From NCBI RefSeq assembly GCF_031769215.1, contig NW_026781940.1, positions 1 to 64,000 on the forward strand: a stretch of DNA of 64,000 bases. The letters are read 5' to 3'. Source of the DNA: Ylistrum balloti (taxonomy: Eukaryota). Shown piece by piece: positions 1 through 12,100 of this stretch. Below the pieces are notes generated by a model, which was given only the letters and a program-made list of their open reading frames with translations, ran no database searches and had not been told where the DNA came from. A program made the translations under genes and the position numbers. Positions within the stretch are counted from its first letter, which is position 1. Every line of letters begins with the position of its first letter.

Positions 1-1004
1 CTTGTTCCTCAATGTGAGAAAATTCCATTAAGATCAGAACAATGGCTCTTGTGATGAAATAATCAAGTGCACTCCTATAAACCATTCCCCCCCACAAAAA
101 AATCTAAAGGTCCAAGTAAAATTAAAAAGCTTTGTGCAAAAGAAAAAAAAAATTCAACAATATTATTTGTCTTTCAGATCAATATTTTAAAAGAGATAAT
201 TGGGGATATGGAGCCACTCACATTAGGTGACTGTTTATTCAAGACAGAAAAAATATTAAATTAAATGTTAATGAAATTAAATTCCACAAAAGGTGAAATG
301 CATGAATGAATACTTATTTCCGTAACATTTCTATATTGAAATGGTATCAGAATATTCAGTTCAAGTCCAAAATTTAGGTCAGAGTATTCTACTTTTGATA
401 AATGAAACATCGCCTTTCCAAAGTAAGCCCTTACTCAAAGTATGAAGTTCCAATGACTAGTAGTGTAATAGAGCCCAAACAACCTTTCCAATTTGATTTA
501 CGTCACAGGTTAAAATGTAGGTCAGAGTATCAGGTAAACCTTAAGTCCAATAAGGAAGTTCTAATGACATTGTCAGTAAAGATAGCAAAAGGACTGGCTG
601 ATATAATGCAAAACTATAGTCCATATTGTAGTGGGTTAACAAATTAGAGACAATAGGCTAAATTTTCTTAATTTTGATACTTACATTTTGGGTAAAAATA
701 AAATGTTTCCACCAATAACAGTATTCATGTTATCAGTGGAAGTTTATGTTGGGTCAAAGTCACGGCTCAGAGGTCTTTAAATCTCCTCTAGCTTTGGTAA
801 TCAACCCATTTCTCGTATTGAATGTCATGTATCAACTTAAGTTATCCGTTTCATATTGAGTAATACATTTACAGTGAACTCATCTTTACTTTTTCAATGC
901 AGAATAATTTATTGATGAAATATATTTAGCATAATAAATTTTTGTAACCAGCCATTTAAATAGACTGTAGATGGGAACAAGTGCAATATTTTATATAGCC
1001 ATAC

Positions 1005-1612
1005 CTTGAGTACTTAGCTGTCTTTGTAGAGACTGGGCAGACAGACATTGAGTGGTCGCAACCGCAGAGGGCCCAGGAGCACCTGCAGTGAAGATGCGCT
1101 CCAGGTCTTGTGAGGACACGACCACAGTCTGGTGCTGGAGAGGTGTGCTGGAACCAATGACTGGGGTTGCCACATTGGAGCTTCCCAAGGACACGCCTGG
1201 GGATGCTGAGGGAAGCAAACCTAAAAAAAAGTTATGCCAAGTCTTGTTAATTTACAAATACAGCAGGAATTTAGCAAAATTGTTTCAGTGTCCCAGCTCT
1301 GATAACTATGACATTACTTTTATTTTCAAATTCAGCATACTGAAATAACATCCACAAGTATAAATAAAGACGAAATGATGGAAATTCTTTGAAATGAAAC
1401 AAAATTATAGGGTTGGTCACATTATAGCATCCCTACTTTTTTTCAGTTAAACAAATACCTAGCGAGGTCTGCCTTCCTGAACCCGTAATAGCCTGTAACT
1501 GGCCAGTCAACACATAGTGCTGGACGGACTCTTGTTGTGGTGACTGCCCACTTTGGTCCCTCGGACCGCTGCCACGACGCTGCTTCACATCGTTTGCATC
1601 ATTCCGTTGCAT
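1005..1612 (-). CDS. 5' coding part of an unidentified gene with a low-complexity Q/S/T/P-rich N-terminus (continues toward or beyond the left window edge)
   Basis: Coding exons 1612-1459 (ATG at 1612; acceptor ttttaag before 1625; donor G|GTATTT) and 1220-1005 (acceptor tttttag; donor G|GTATGG) join in phase 1: MQRNDANDVKQRRGSGPRDQSGQSPQQESVQHYVLTGQLQ...LQRQLSTQ. An upstream exon ends at 2828 (CAG|GTAAGC) and has an in-frame stop, so it is 5' UTR. No recognisable domain. Confidence 0.7.
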
Positions 1613-2739
1613 ACTTCTGCAACACCTTAAAATATAGAACAAACAAATAATTAAAATAATCAAATCAACAAAAAACACTGCAGCATTCTGTCAGTACCAA
1701 TGGGTTATACAGAAAGGGTAACAAAATTAATTTGAAAATAACATGTCCAAGATTTCCTATCAGAGGGACTGATCCGGAATGGTTAACTTATCAGTTCATA
1801 AACAATATCCGGCAAACTCTAACGGAAGGAAACTATCCTACCGACACTACGATGAAGAACCAAATTTGCAACATTAATTGTACATGTAATCCTGAGGTTA
1901 CAATTACTCCAATACTAAGTATCTAGACATTTCTAGACATACCTCCAACATGGTGCCACAGTACATATACCTATGATATGATGGCATTCAAAGATACTAT
2001 ATGGTATGGCTAAGCTAGCTATACATTCCAAATAATCCACAATGACATCACCCACAAGAGAAAGACATCTATCTAAATGATTACTGTTGAACCAGAAAAA
2101 AAATGGGAATTTTTAACAAGTCTATTGATCACATTAACCAGTTTCTTTAGTGATATGCCAAAGTAAGCATAAAATTGGAAGTCACTTTTCAAACTGCTAA
2201 CTTAAATAGTCGATATTTAACATGCATCTTTTAGAAATATGATTAATTGGTGCCTTCTGTTATCAATTTAAAAAATTTAATCATCCTTATATTCTAATTG
2301 TTTAATAGAAAGTAATTAAAAACATCCGGAAATATAGTTCAATGTAGCGATTTCGGGTAAGTGAAATGCTGGGAGGGTCGCAGATCCGCTGATGCAATCA
2401 GGCGGCCAAAGTCATCTTAGACGCATGAGAGTAAGGTATGCGATGCCTAGGCTTATACACCTTACACCATCACGTAATCAAGGAACTCTGAAATAATTGT
2501 TATTTAAAAGTTCAATAGACCTAAAATGCAACTTCAACTCTTGGCCCCCACATGTTGAATGTGCAGTCTTTTGTGAGAACTCGATCGAGTTCGAAACAGT
2601 TTATTATATTTTGGCATAGTCCAAGTATAACGTCAAGTTAAACACATTCTTCATTTCAAAAAGATACATTTATAGGTATATATATAAAGTCAATGTAAAT
2701 AAATATATATGTATTGCAACACTACGCGCTCGGCACCGG

Positions 2740-3194
2740 TGCACTTCGGCGCGCATGCGGTCCGCCATTCATGCCTTCCCATGAGTCGCAAGTCCGCCAT
2801 ATTGACATGAATACATTATATGCTTACCTGGATTTTGAGTTACAAATTTAACGATGAAAAACCACCCATCTTTGGTCAAAAACCCTCAATCCAACCTTAT
2901 CAGCAATTTATCTGAACATTTTGATACAGTGAACCTACAACCTCAAAAATAAAAGACATAAATTTCGATGCAACTATTTCTTGTCGCAAGTCACGGGATC
3001 TAAGCCATGACGCATCTCTAGCTGCAAGGAATAGTGAGAAAGGATGCGCATGCGCAAATTTGGACTCCGATGAAAATGTTCGGAAATTTGTCTGCTCAGT
3101 TTTAGGTTTGACATCATGTAAACATCCGAGAATCTCAAATGAAATGAAAATTTGTAAAAGCTTTTCTGATTGGTGGTTACTCCAGAGCACCACA
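2740..3194. promoter_or_regulatory. Bidirectional promoter region between the minus-strand gene and NOC4L
   Basis: Local CpG enrichment; perfect NRF1-type palindrome TGCGCATGCGCA at 3045-3056; GCGCATGCG at 2751-2759; YY1-type CCGCCATATT at 2794-2803; divergent first exons (minus exon ending 2828, NOC4L ATG 3195). Confidence 0.65.
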
Positions 3195-6100
3195 ATGGCG
3201 GAAAAGATACCACATGGACCGAAGTCGGATATTTTAAATGAGATTAAAACTGCCATGAAAACTTGTACAGAAAGTAGAAAGGAGTCAAATAAAATAATTG
3301 ACATTATAACATATGCAGAGGTAAAAAATATTCAACTGTTTAAACCTAGAAGTAAAATATTATAAAATAAGTTATGCTTCATCAAAACTGTCAAAGTTTG
3401 TGTTATTGACACCAAATTATTAAACATACACTAAATGGTTTCGAATTCACAGAGGATTCTAAATACTATAAAAGTTAATCAGGAACTTGATATGACATAT
3501 TATCTTTCAACTATGTCATTTTTCTATGCGCTGTTGTCAACAGAATGTTATCTAAGTCCACGAGATGCTTAGGGTGACTCTAATACTGATTTTGTTCCAC
3601 ATTTTTGATATTTCAAATAGAAATTTCAATTCTGTGATGTGGTAGATGGTACTTGCGCATGTTTTATTACTGACAAGCAGATGTTAAAAACGGACCAAGC
3701 TTAGGCAGTTAACTATCAAGTTTTTCGGATATTTCATTCTTGTAGCTAGTATTTTGACCAAAACGTTCAATAATTCTTCGGTCTTTTTAATGTCATTTGC
3801 AATGTGTTTGGCATTAAATACTAAAATAACATATATAATAAAAAGCTGCATTGTGATTTTCATGGTATAATGTCTCATTTAAAAATAATTTGATTTGTTT
3901 ACCCGAATAAATATTATTAATAAAAATGTGTGGTCAGTTGATTTATATGTTTTTATTCACGGAGAAGACCAATACATCTTGTATTTCTTTCAGATCAATT
4001 GATTTCAAGTGTATTTTAATTATAATTCATTTATCCACTTTTATTTTCAGTCACCAGAAAAGGATATTTTACTGGCATGCATTCGAGCATTTCACAAAAT
4101 TTTTGTCAAGTTTTTGACAACAGGGGAGATGTTCCTGGAAACTGTACCTACAGACACAACTGATAAAGGTTAGTGGTAACTGAAATACCATAAAGATAAT
4201 GTACTGTAATATTCCTCTTCATATTGTTTTGTTCGGAGTTTCTGGTATCATACAGAAGAAACATTCATTTTACAGAGGAAGATTAAAAACCATAGTGAAT
4301 TTTCTTAACAATCTTGATTGGTATGAACTTAGTATTGATCAAATTTTCTTCTGCTTTTTAGCCCACAATCTTCAGATGATAATCATCTTGGATTTTAACT
4401 TTGCAAGTTTGTCATTTCTATCTCTTAAGAAGTACTTGATGGATCTCTCTGAAATTTCATATGTAAGTTCCCCTGTCCCTAGTTGTGTCCATGTAATTTT
4501 GGGACTGATCAGAAATACGAAATGGCTGACAGGTGCCCATCTGGGATTTTGACTTTGCAAGATTGTTCTTGCTATTTCTCAAATTTCATATATAGGTTCC
4601 TTTTGGTCCCTTGTTGTGCCCATCACATTTCAGGACTTATCTGAAAAACAAAATGGCTGACAGGTGACCATCTTGGATTTTGTTGCCTTTGTGGTGTTTT
4701 CAAGTCTATTTCTTCCAACAAACTTTAAAATTGTTCATCATTTATCGTGACAAATCTTCTGTAATCAATCACCTTGTCAAAAAATGTCATAAGATCATGG
4801 TGTTCTGATGTCATGTAACGTCCCTTATTACTTTATTTGGGTATAAAGTGGTGTTGCTGGATTGTTATATGTACAAAGAATGCTATTATGACATCACGGA
4901 AAGTCCCTTGTTCCTAAATTTGGGTATAAACTAATATTGCTGGATAGATTGATGGTTGATGTGTTTGAGCAATGCAGAATTATTTAGAATTAGCAAACCA
5001 GAAAACAAGAAAAAACAGTCACACACATAATGATAGTTTTTATTGGTTGTTTCTTTTTAAATGAATCATTGGTCAGTCATCAATAATTATACAAATATTG
5101 ATAATCAATGTAATGAATTGTGATGTGATTCTCACCTGCCTGACTGATCTGTAACATTACAAATCTTGGACTGCTCCCTGTCCATGCAATTGCTGACATA
5201 ATTGAAATGAGAATTTGAGTTATTATTTGGATTTTTATCATGTTCATGACTGCAGAATTTTTTACATTGTAATATCCATGATTACAGCTTACAGTCAGGT
5301 CATTACAATTATTCTTATTTTTCTATAAAAAAAAAGGACACGGTCACAAATTCATTGCTACAGAATCTAAACACTATCAAAGGAAAATTGACATGTCAGT
5401 GACCTCTCACTTTCACCTAAAAATGGTCATGTGGTGTGTCACAAGATTGGTTTAGTTAATTTTTTTTTTTATATTTTCAGGCTTAAGCAAAGAAGTTCAA
5501 TATAAAGTTTGGTTGATGGATCGTTACCAAGATGCCATTGACTGTTTGATCCAACTTCTGAATTCTGAATTCTCATCTGTACAGGTAGGTAATAATTTCA
5601 CTGGTTTTATTTGTTTACTGGGTTTTATTATGCCACAAACAGGCAGGATAATTTTGAGACAGAGTCTCCTCACAATAGCTGGAAGTACATCATACAGAAG
5701 GCACATTGCATACTATCCATGCAATTGGAGTAAAAGTTGCTTCCTCAAGGACAAAATCCAGGCAGCACAGAGAGTAAGTGCTCTCAGCTATCTGAGAAAC
5801 ACAGATGTCTTGAGAAAGGATCAGAGAACACACAGTGTTCTTACAATTTAACAATATTGCGAGCCATCATACAAAACATGTCACTTACGCAGGAAGGTTT
5901 TAAGAAAGTGCTGGACCTGTCAAAGCTTACCTTATTGACCTGCTGGTTGAAATCTTTACAATAAAGGAAACCAAGCATATTGAAGTCATTCAATCGTCTT
6001 TGATATTCTTCCAATGGTCACTGATTGAGTTTAAGTTAATTTAAAGTTGAACGAATTATTTTACAAAAAGTTTTACAAACAATCAATTCTGAAGCATGTC

Positions 6101-9100
6101 GCATTGGCTTATATGATCTCATATAAGAAAATTTAACAAATCTAATGAGAAATTATGTTTACAAAGTCTTTTTTGAAATGTAAAAAAAATTCAGATTACC
6201 CGGTTTATGATTTTTGTTTGTTTGTTGTGTTTTTCTCATTTTTTTTTTTTTTTTCAATTTTCTAGGAACTGGCTCTTTGTACTTTGTTGAAGTTTGTGGA
6301 GACAGAAGGAAAAAATCCTGTTACAAAAATTTCTTCAAAAAAATCTCATTTTCCTGTACCTCTGTTTATGGTAAGTCAGAATTATGTTTGTTTTTATTTT
6401 CTTGTCAACAGCCAGAATCACTTGAAATAGGATCTACTTGTAGTAGCTGGAAGCTTTTGTAGTCTTATGATAAGAATGGAAGAAAAATATTGACTTTTAG
6501 TTAAAACTGCCTCTTCAAAAATCTATTAATCTTGTGATAAACAGATAATGAAGTGGATCCTTGTTAATTTAGTGATATGTCATTTACAGAAGATAATGAC
6601 CCAGCTCATGAATACAGAAATCAACCTCCAGGACCTGATAGGAAAATTTCAGGAGTACCTGGCTTATGATGATGTACGATTCCATGTATTAAAGTCAACC
6701 ATGATGGACCTAAAGGGAAAACGTAACACGGTCAGTTCATTTAAATACAGAAAAACCCATGTCAATAGTCCCAGTTGAGAACTCATTCATATTCTGTTGC
6801 TGTGTATATGTTATTCAGTCTTTTGGTAGTAAGCAAGACGCAAACTTTTGTTTCAACAGCGGTTGATTTTTCTATGACAATCTATTTATAGAACAATAAA
6901 ACAGTCACTCTGTAGTAGATGACAGTACAAGTATGTGTTCACACCACCATGACCATTAATCCCATAATTATCTGCTGTTGGGGCGGACATAAACATGCAA
7001 AAGTTATCAGCACTGATACACTAAAGTTGCATGTAGTCATGTGTGCCACAGGTAAATTCTGGCGAGCGTGACATAACTATTCTACAAAAAGGTGAGACAA
7101 TACTAAGGGATGGGGACAAAAATGAGTTCAAAGAATGTGGGGTATTTATGGAATAATGGTTCGTGGAATTAAGGGTTAAATAACAAGGATTATGTAAGAA
7201 CGCGGTCAGAACCAAGGAATTGGTTAGTATTAGAGAAATGCGGGTTTCAAGGGGCTTTGATGTTCTAACTGATCTTTTATCCAATGAGACGTTCAAGTAG
7301 ATGATCCAAATTCATTAAAACATGTTGCTTTGTTCATGTAGATTCAGTACATGTATAACATATGTACAATATAACCACATATATTATAAACATTTTTGTG
7401 TAGGATGCCAAGAATAAATCATTCATGGATTGTGTTTGCCACTTATAATACATTTCAACACAGTCTGCTGATTTAGTGCTGATGTTAGGAAAATTGTTTG
7501 TTATGGACTTGAAAGATGATGTCTGCTAAAATAATAACCCATACTTCTATGTTGTAGAAACCTGGAGACATATATCTTAACAATATTTTTGCTGTCTTGG
7601 AACGCGTGACATTTCCAGCTTCACCAGAGGAAAATCTAACAACATATTTAACCACATTGCCAGGTAAAAAAAGAAATCTGCTATTTTCAAAACATATTAG
7701 TTACATTTTGAGTTAGATCTAAAACCAAAGTTTTCTTAAATTTTAGTCACTCCAGTCATATGGCATTTCAGTTTTGTTAGCCCAAGGCACTTACTGTCTG
7801 CTCAATAGATAGTTAGCATCAAGGGGAATTTCAATTCATCAGCCAGGGCTCTCACACCCCATTTTGGGACCGGGGCCCGGGGTCCTTAGAATTGGGAATA
7901 AAAACATTGTTTTCCTTAGAATTGGGAAAACTTGGGGTCTAAATTGGGAAAAAAGATACTATTTTGCATTGGGATTCGGCCCCAAATCTGGCAGATCAAG
8001 AGCCCTGTCAGCGCATTATTCTCCTGTGAATAGATGATGTAATGATGGAAATAAAGAGAGAAAATGCCATAAAATATCTGTTATTTCAAGCAGGATAGTC
8101 TGTCACTTTGGAGATTTATCCTGTCAATATTCACTTATGTGTGGCATGCTTTTAATACTAGCATGATTCAAAGTCTTGATTGATGAAGAAGTTTTTGACA
8201 GTCCCTTGAACATTGAAACATGGAAATTTAACTCTTATTTTGTTTTAAAATGCTACTCTTTCTTAATGCTTAAACAGATTTCAACCATATTTGGTCTGAA
8301 ACATATTTAAGAGTGGGGAATCATTTCTTCAATTCTGAATTTTTATTTGACCTCTAGGGACCTGGGGAAAGAGCCCCAAAAGAGTATTAAGACAATACTT
8401 TCTTCAAAATGATGCTCTTTCTTAATGCTGGAATGGATTTCATTTAAATTTTGTCTGTATTATCAGTAGGGTTGGTAAATAATACAAAATTCATTAAGTT
8501 GATTTAACCCCTAGAGACTTAGGGGTGGGGCCCAAAAAGGGGAAATTTTTACTTCAAATGCTACTCTTTCTTAATGCTTGAATGGATTTCAACCAAATTT
8601 GGTCTGCAACAGCATTAAGAATGGGGAATCATTTCATAAATTCAGAATTTTGATTTGAGGCTTAGAGACTTAAGGGCGTGGCCCCAAAATGGCTGGGTAG
8701 ATTTCAACCAAAGTTGGTACAAAACATTATTGTGGATGGAGAATCATTTCTTACATTCAGAAAGTTGATTTGATCCCGAGGGGCTTAGGGGCAGGGCTCT
8801 AAAAGGGGAAATTGGACAATATTTTCTTCCAAAACACTGCTTCTCCTAATGCCTTGGTAGATTTCAACCAAATTTTGCTTGAAAATTCATTAGGGAGTGG
8901 CATTGATATCAAAAATGCATGAAGTGAACCTCAGATTGTCTTGACCAAAACTTATTTTTATGCATTGGTCCAACATAATTCATCTAGAACTTTTTTCATT
9001 CACACTGATGACAAAAATATTTGGAGGGAAAGAAAGAGATGATTTGTTATTTTTCGGTCTGATCAAATATTCAACATGGTAGCCACAGTAGTCATTTTGT

Positions 9101-12100
9101 AACATGATTGTGCACAGAACCTACCATTTATGAGTTTCTGCTACTTTCAAGTGAATTCTGTGGTTCATTCATTCATTCATTGATTGTCAGATGACCGCTG
9201 AGGACCATATCCCTCTTGTTTCTAGCAGGACTGATTCATCACCATCAAATGGTGCTTACCATTAGATAGTCAAAGCGTTTTGTATGAATTGATATCATTA
9301 TACTGAACCGGATGTTTCATATTTCTAGCAACAGAATGGTAAATTTCTGTTTGCGAATTTTTTGCGTGTACCTTTCGCATTACTGGCACTACTGGAACAT
9401 AAATGTCTAGAGGCAGATGATTATTAAAACATTCAAGCATTAATGTGTATGTCATCAATAGGTGAACTACGTTGTTCTCAAACTACTCATTTTGATATGG
9501 TTAGTTAATTAGAATTTCATTTCAAAGTTTATTTCAAGATTCAAATTTTGTCAAGCCCCTCAGCTTGTAAAGTGCATAATACAAACTTTCATTTCTTTTC
9601 ATCCTTTCAGATGAAGACGTTCACTTGAAGATGTCGTCATTGAAGGAACATAAGCGTTTGTTCACTACTTCCTGGGTAACATTTCTGGCCTTCCAGGTAT
9701 GATACTATGATACTGAACAAACGATACATTCAAAAGGAAAAATATTCAAATTTTTAAACTGAAACATCTCAAAGTCTTAGGTCACAAGATACTCCAGGTC
9801 CAATTACATAGTGGAAAGGGCAACTGAGTTTGGATTCTAAATTTCTTAGATTCTTCTCATATAATTCTGTCTTCTAATTGTCTCCCTTGACACTGCCTTG
9901 CTTTTGGCCTCTATGTTAACTCTCTACCAGTATAAAGATAGATTCTTAAAAAGAGAATCAATCAACAACAACAACAAAAATTGGACTAAAAATTAAAAAA
10001 AAAAGATAATCAAACATTTTTACAAATTTATGTTTTCTCAACAATAGCTAGAAAAAAATCCAGGAAATATTTTGATCTGTGAATTAGAAGATTATAAATT
10101 CTCTTTTAATCATTTTTATTTGCATAAGTATACATTGTATATATATCCAGAAGCCTCCTTTTCTGTTTGTTTTTCATTCACTCTCTGTAAAGTTGTCATT
10201 TGTTTGGACAAGCTCTAAGTGTTTACAAAGTCTGATACATTGATTTTAGTTTGAAGATAAATGGAATTTCCATTTCAGCTGCCAACTAACCTGTATCGAC
10301 GGACTCTGATCATTCTCCATGACAAGGTGATGCCATATATGACAAGTCCACTGATGCTGTGTGACTTTCTTACCGAGTCTTACAACATAGGTAAGTCAAC
10401 TTCCTACCCAGTAATCAGACTTTTCCTTTCTAAAATTACATACAAACTCCAACTGGAGAGCAGTTTAATGCTTTAGCTACGAAAAGATTTTCATCTGAAG
10501 GATGTCAAAATTAAATTACATTTCTTGCTTTGATTGACATATATTTATATGTCAATGTAGCAGAAGATGCTTACTCTTCTGCAACATCTGGTCCTATTCT
10601 CCTTATTTTCCATGTCTCTGTGTAAATCTTTCTTTTGTTTGTATTTTTACCAAGTTTCACTGAATTTGAGTTTTTGATTATGTTGACATGTTGGTATTTT
10701 CTTGTATGTGTTTTGTATATATATATATTTGTTTGTAGACACAGATAAGCAAAGAAATTCATGAATAGTAACATGTGATATCACAACATATACTTTCAAT
10801 TTATTCCTACAGGTGGTGCCATCAGTCTGTTAGCCCTAAATGGAATATTTGTTCTTGTTCAGAAATATAATCTGTGAGTATTTCATATCAGTCTGCAGAT
10901 AAAACACCATTTTTGTGAAAATTAAGGTTTCCATCATTCAGTCCTCCACTACTAAATAAGTCCCCCTCTCCCTTACCCCCCACACTACCAGAGAATTTGT
11001 CCAAGAGTTATTGCCCTTTGTTAAGTTTGATTTCCATCAATGGAAGATGTTGACTGACTTGATGTATACTACTGAATCTTCCTGACTTGTTATGTCTATC
11101 ATATATTAAGTGGGATGGGGGTGTACAGTTACCTAATATTGTAAATTTTATAATGTCTTCCTTAATAAAGAGGCCTCAGAGGATGTAGTTCATAGAGTTG
11201 GCTTTTTCTGCTCTTTGTTGTCAGTAGACATTTCGAAGTAGCATCAGGGGTATCATTTCTATGAATAAATTTAGCCCCATATAATTAACCTCATCTGTCC
11301 AGTAAGTGTCTTGTGCTCTGGTTAAGTAAAAAACAGTATGTAATAGCCCAAAAAGAGAATACATTTATAATCTAGATTCTTCAACTATTAGAAAGAGTGT
11401 CATACCACTTATAAATAACCTTTTTAAACATCACTATAATATGTATTCTGTTAACAGAGACTACCCAGACTTCTATGGTAAACTGTATGCCTTATTCGAA
11501 CCGTCAGTCTTTCATGCCAAGTACAGAGCAAGATTCTTCTTTCTGGCAGACCTGTTTTTAACATCCACGTAAGTAAAATGGAATAAATTTGTTCCAAGTT
11601 TAGTGTTGAAATGGAAGATTTGATGGTTTAGATAAATTCTTTACACCTATTGACAAACAGAACGTAATCAAAACACCCCTTTATCCAACAACACTCTGTC
11701 ACCCATCCTCATCTCAATTATAATCCTCTAATTCTCGTTCCTGTTTTTGTCTTAGCTGCAAGACTGTATTGTTACTTTCTGGCAGTGGTATCAATATTTC
11801 ACTTTAAAATTTTGCATTTAGACAAATTTTGTGTTTCGGGTTGGGGGTAGGGGAGACATAAATTACAGTGTGTTTGGTATTTTACTTAGTAATTTCAAGA
11901 CTTACAAAGTAAGACAGGAGAGACATATAGTTACCTGTCATTTTTGTCCTTGAGATGTCACTCTTCTTCTGTCACTCCCAAATTGATTTTTTCAAACTTT
12001 CTACTATCTTAACTTTACTGAATAGTATAACACAATTTCAGTGAATAGCAAAACACCAAAACATTGTGAGGTTTGTCAAACAAGGTTGCTTATTTGCAAA

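Noticed and set aside
1-80. Possible next exon of the minus-strand gene
   Set aside because: In the required phase it meets TGA after 13 codons; the open frame needs a different phase and I found no bridging exon.
5640-5970. Coding-like block in NOC4L intron 3 with acceptor and GTAAGT
   Set aside because: The open frame needs phase 1 but exon 3 ends in phase 0; NOC4L is complete at 515 aa without it; no recognisable motif.
9130-9240. Possible intronic C/D snoRNA in NOC4L (also considered at 15165)
   Set aside because: No canonical RUGAUGA/CUGA pair with a terminal stem.
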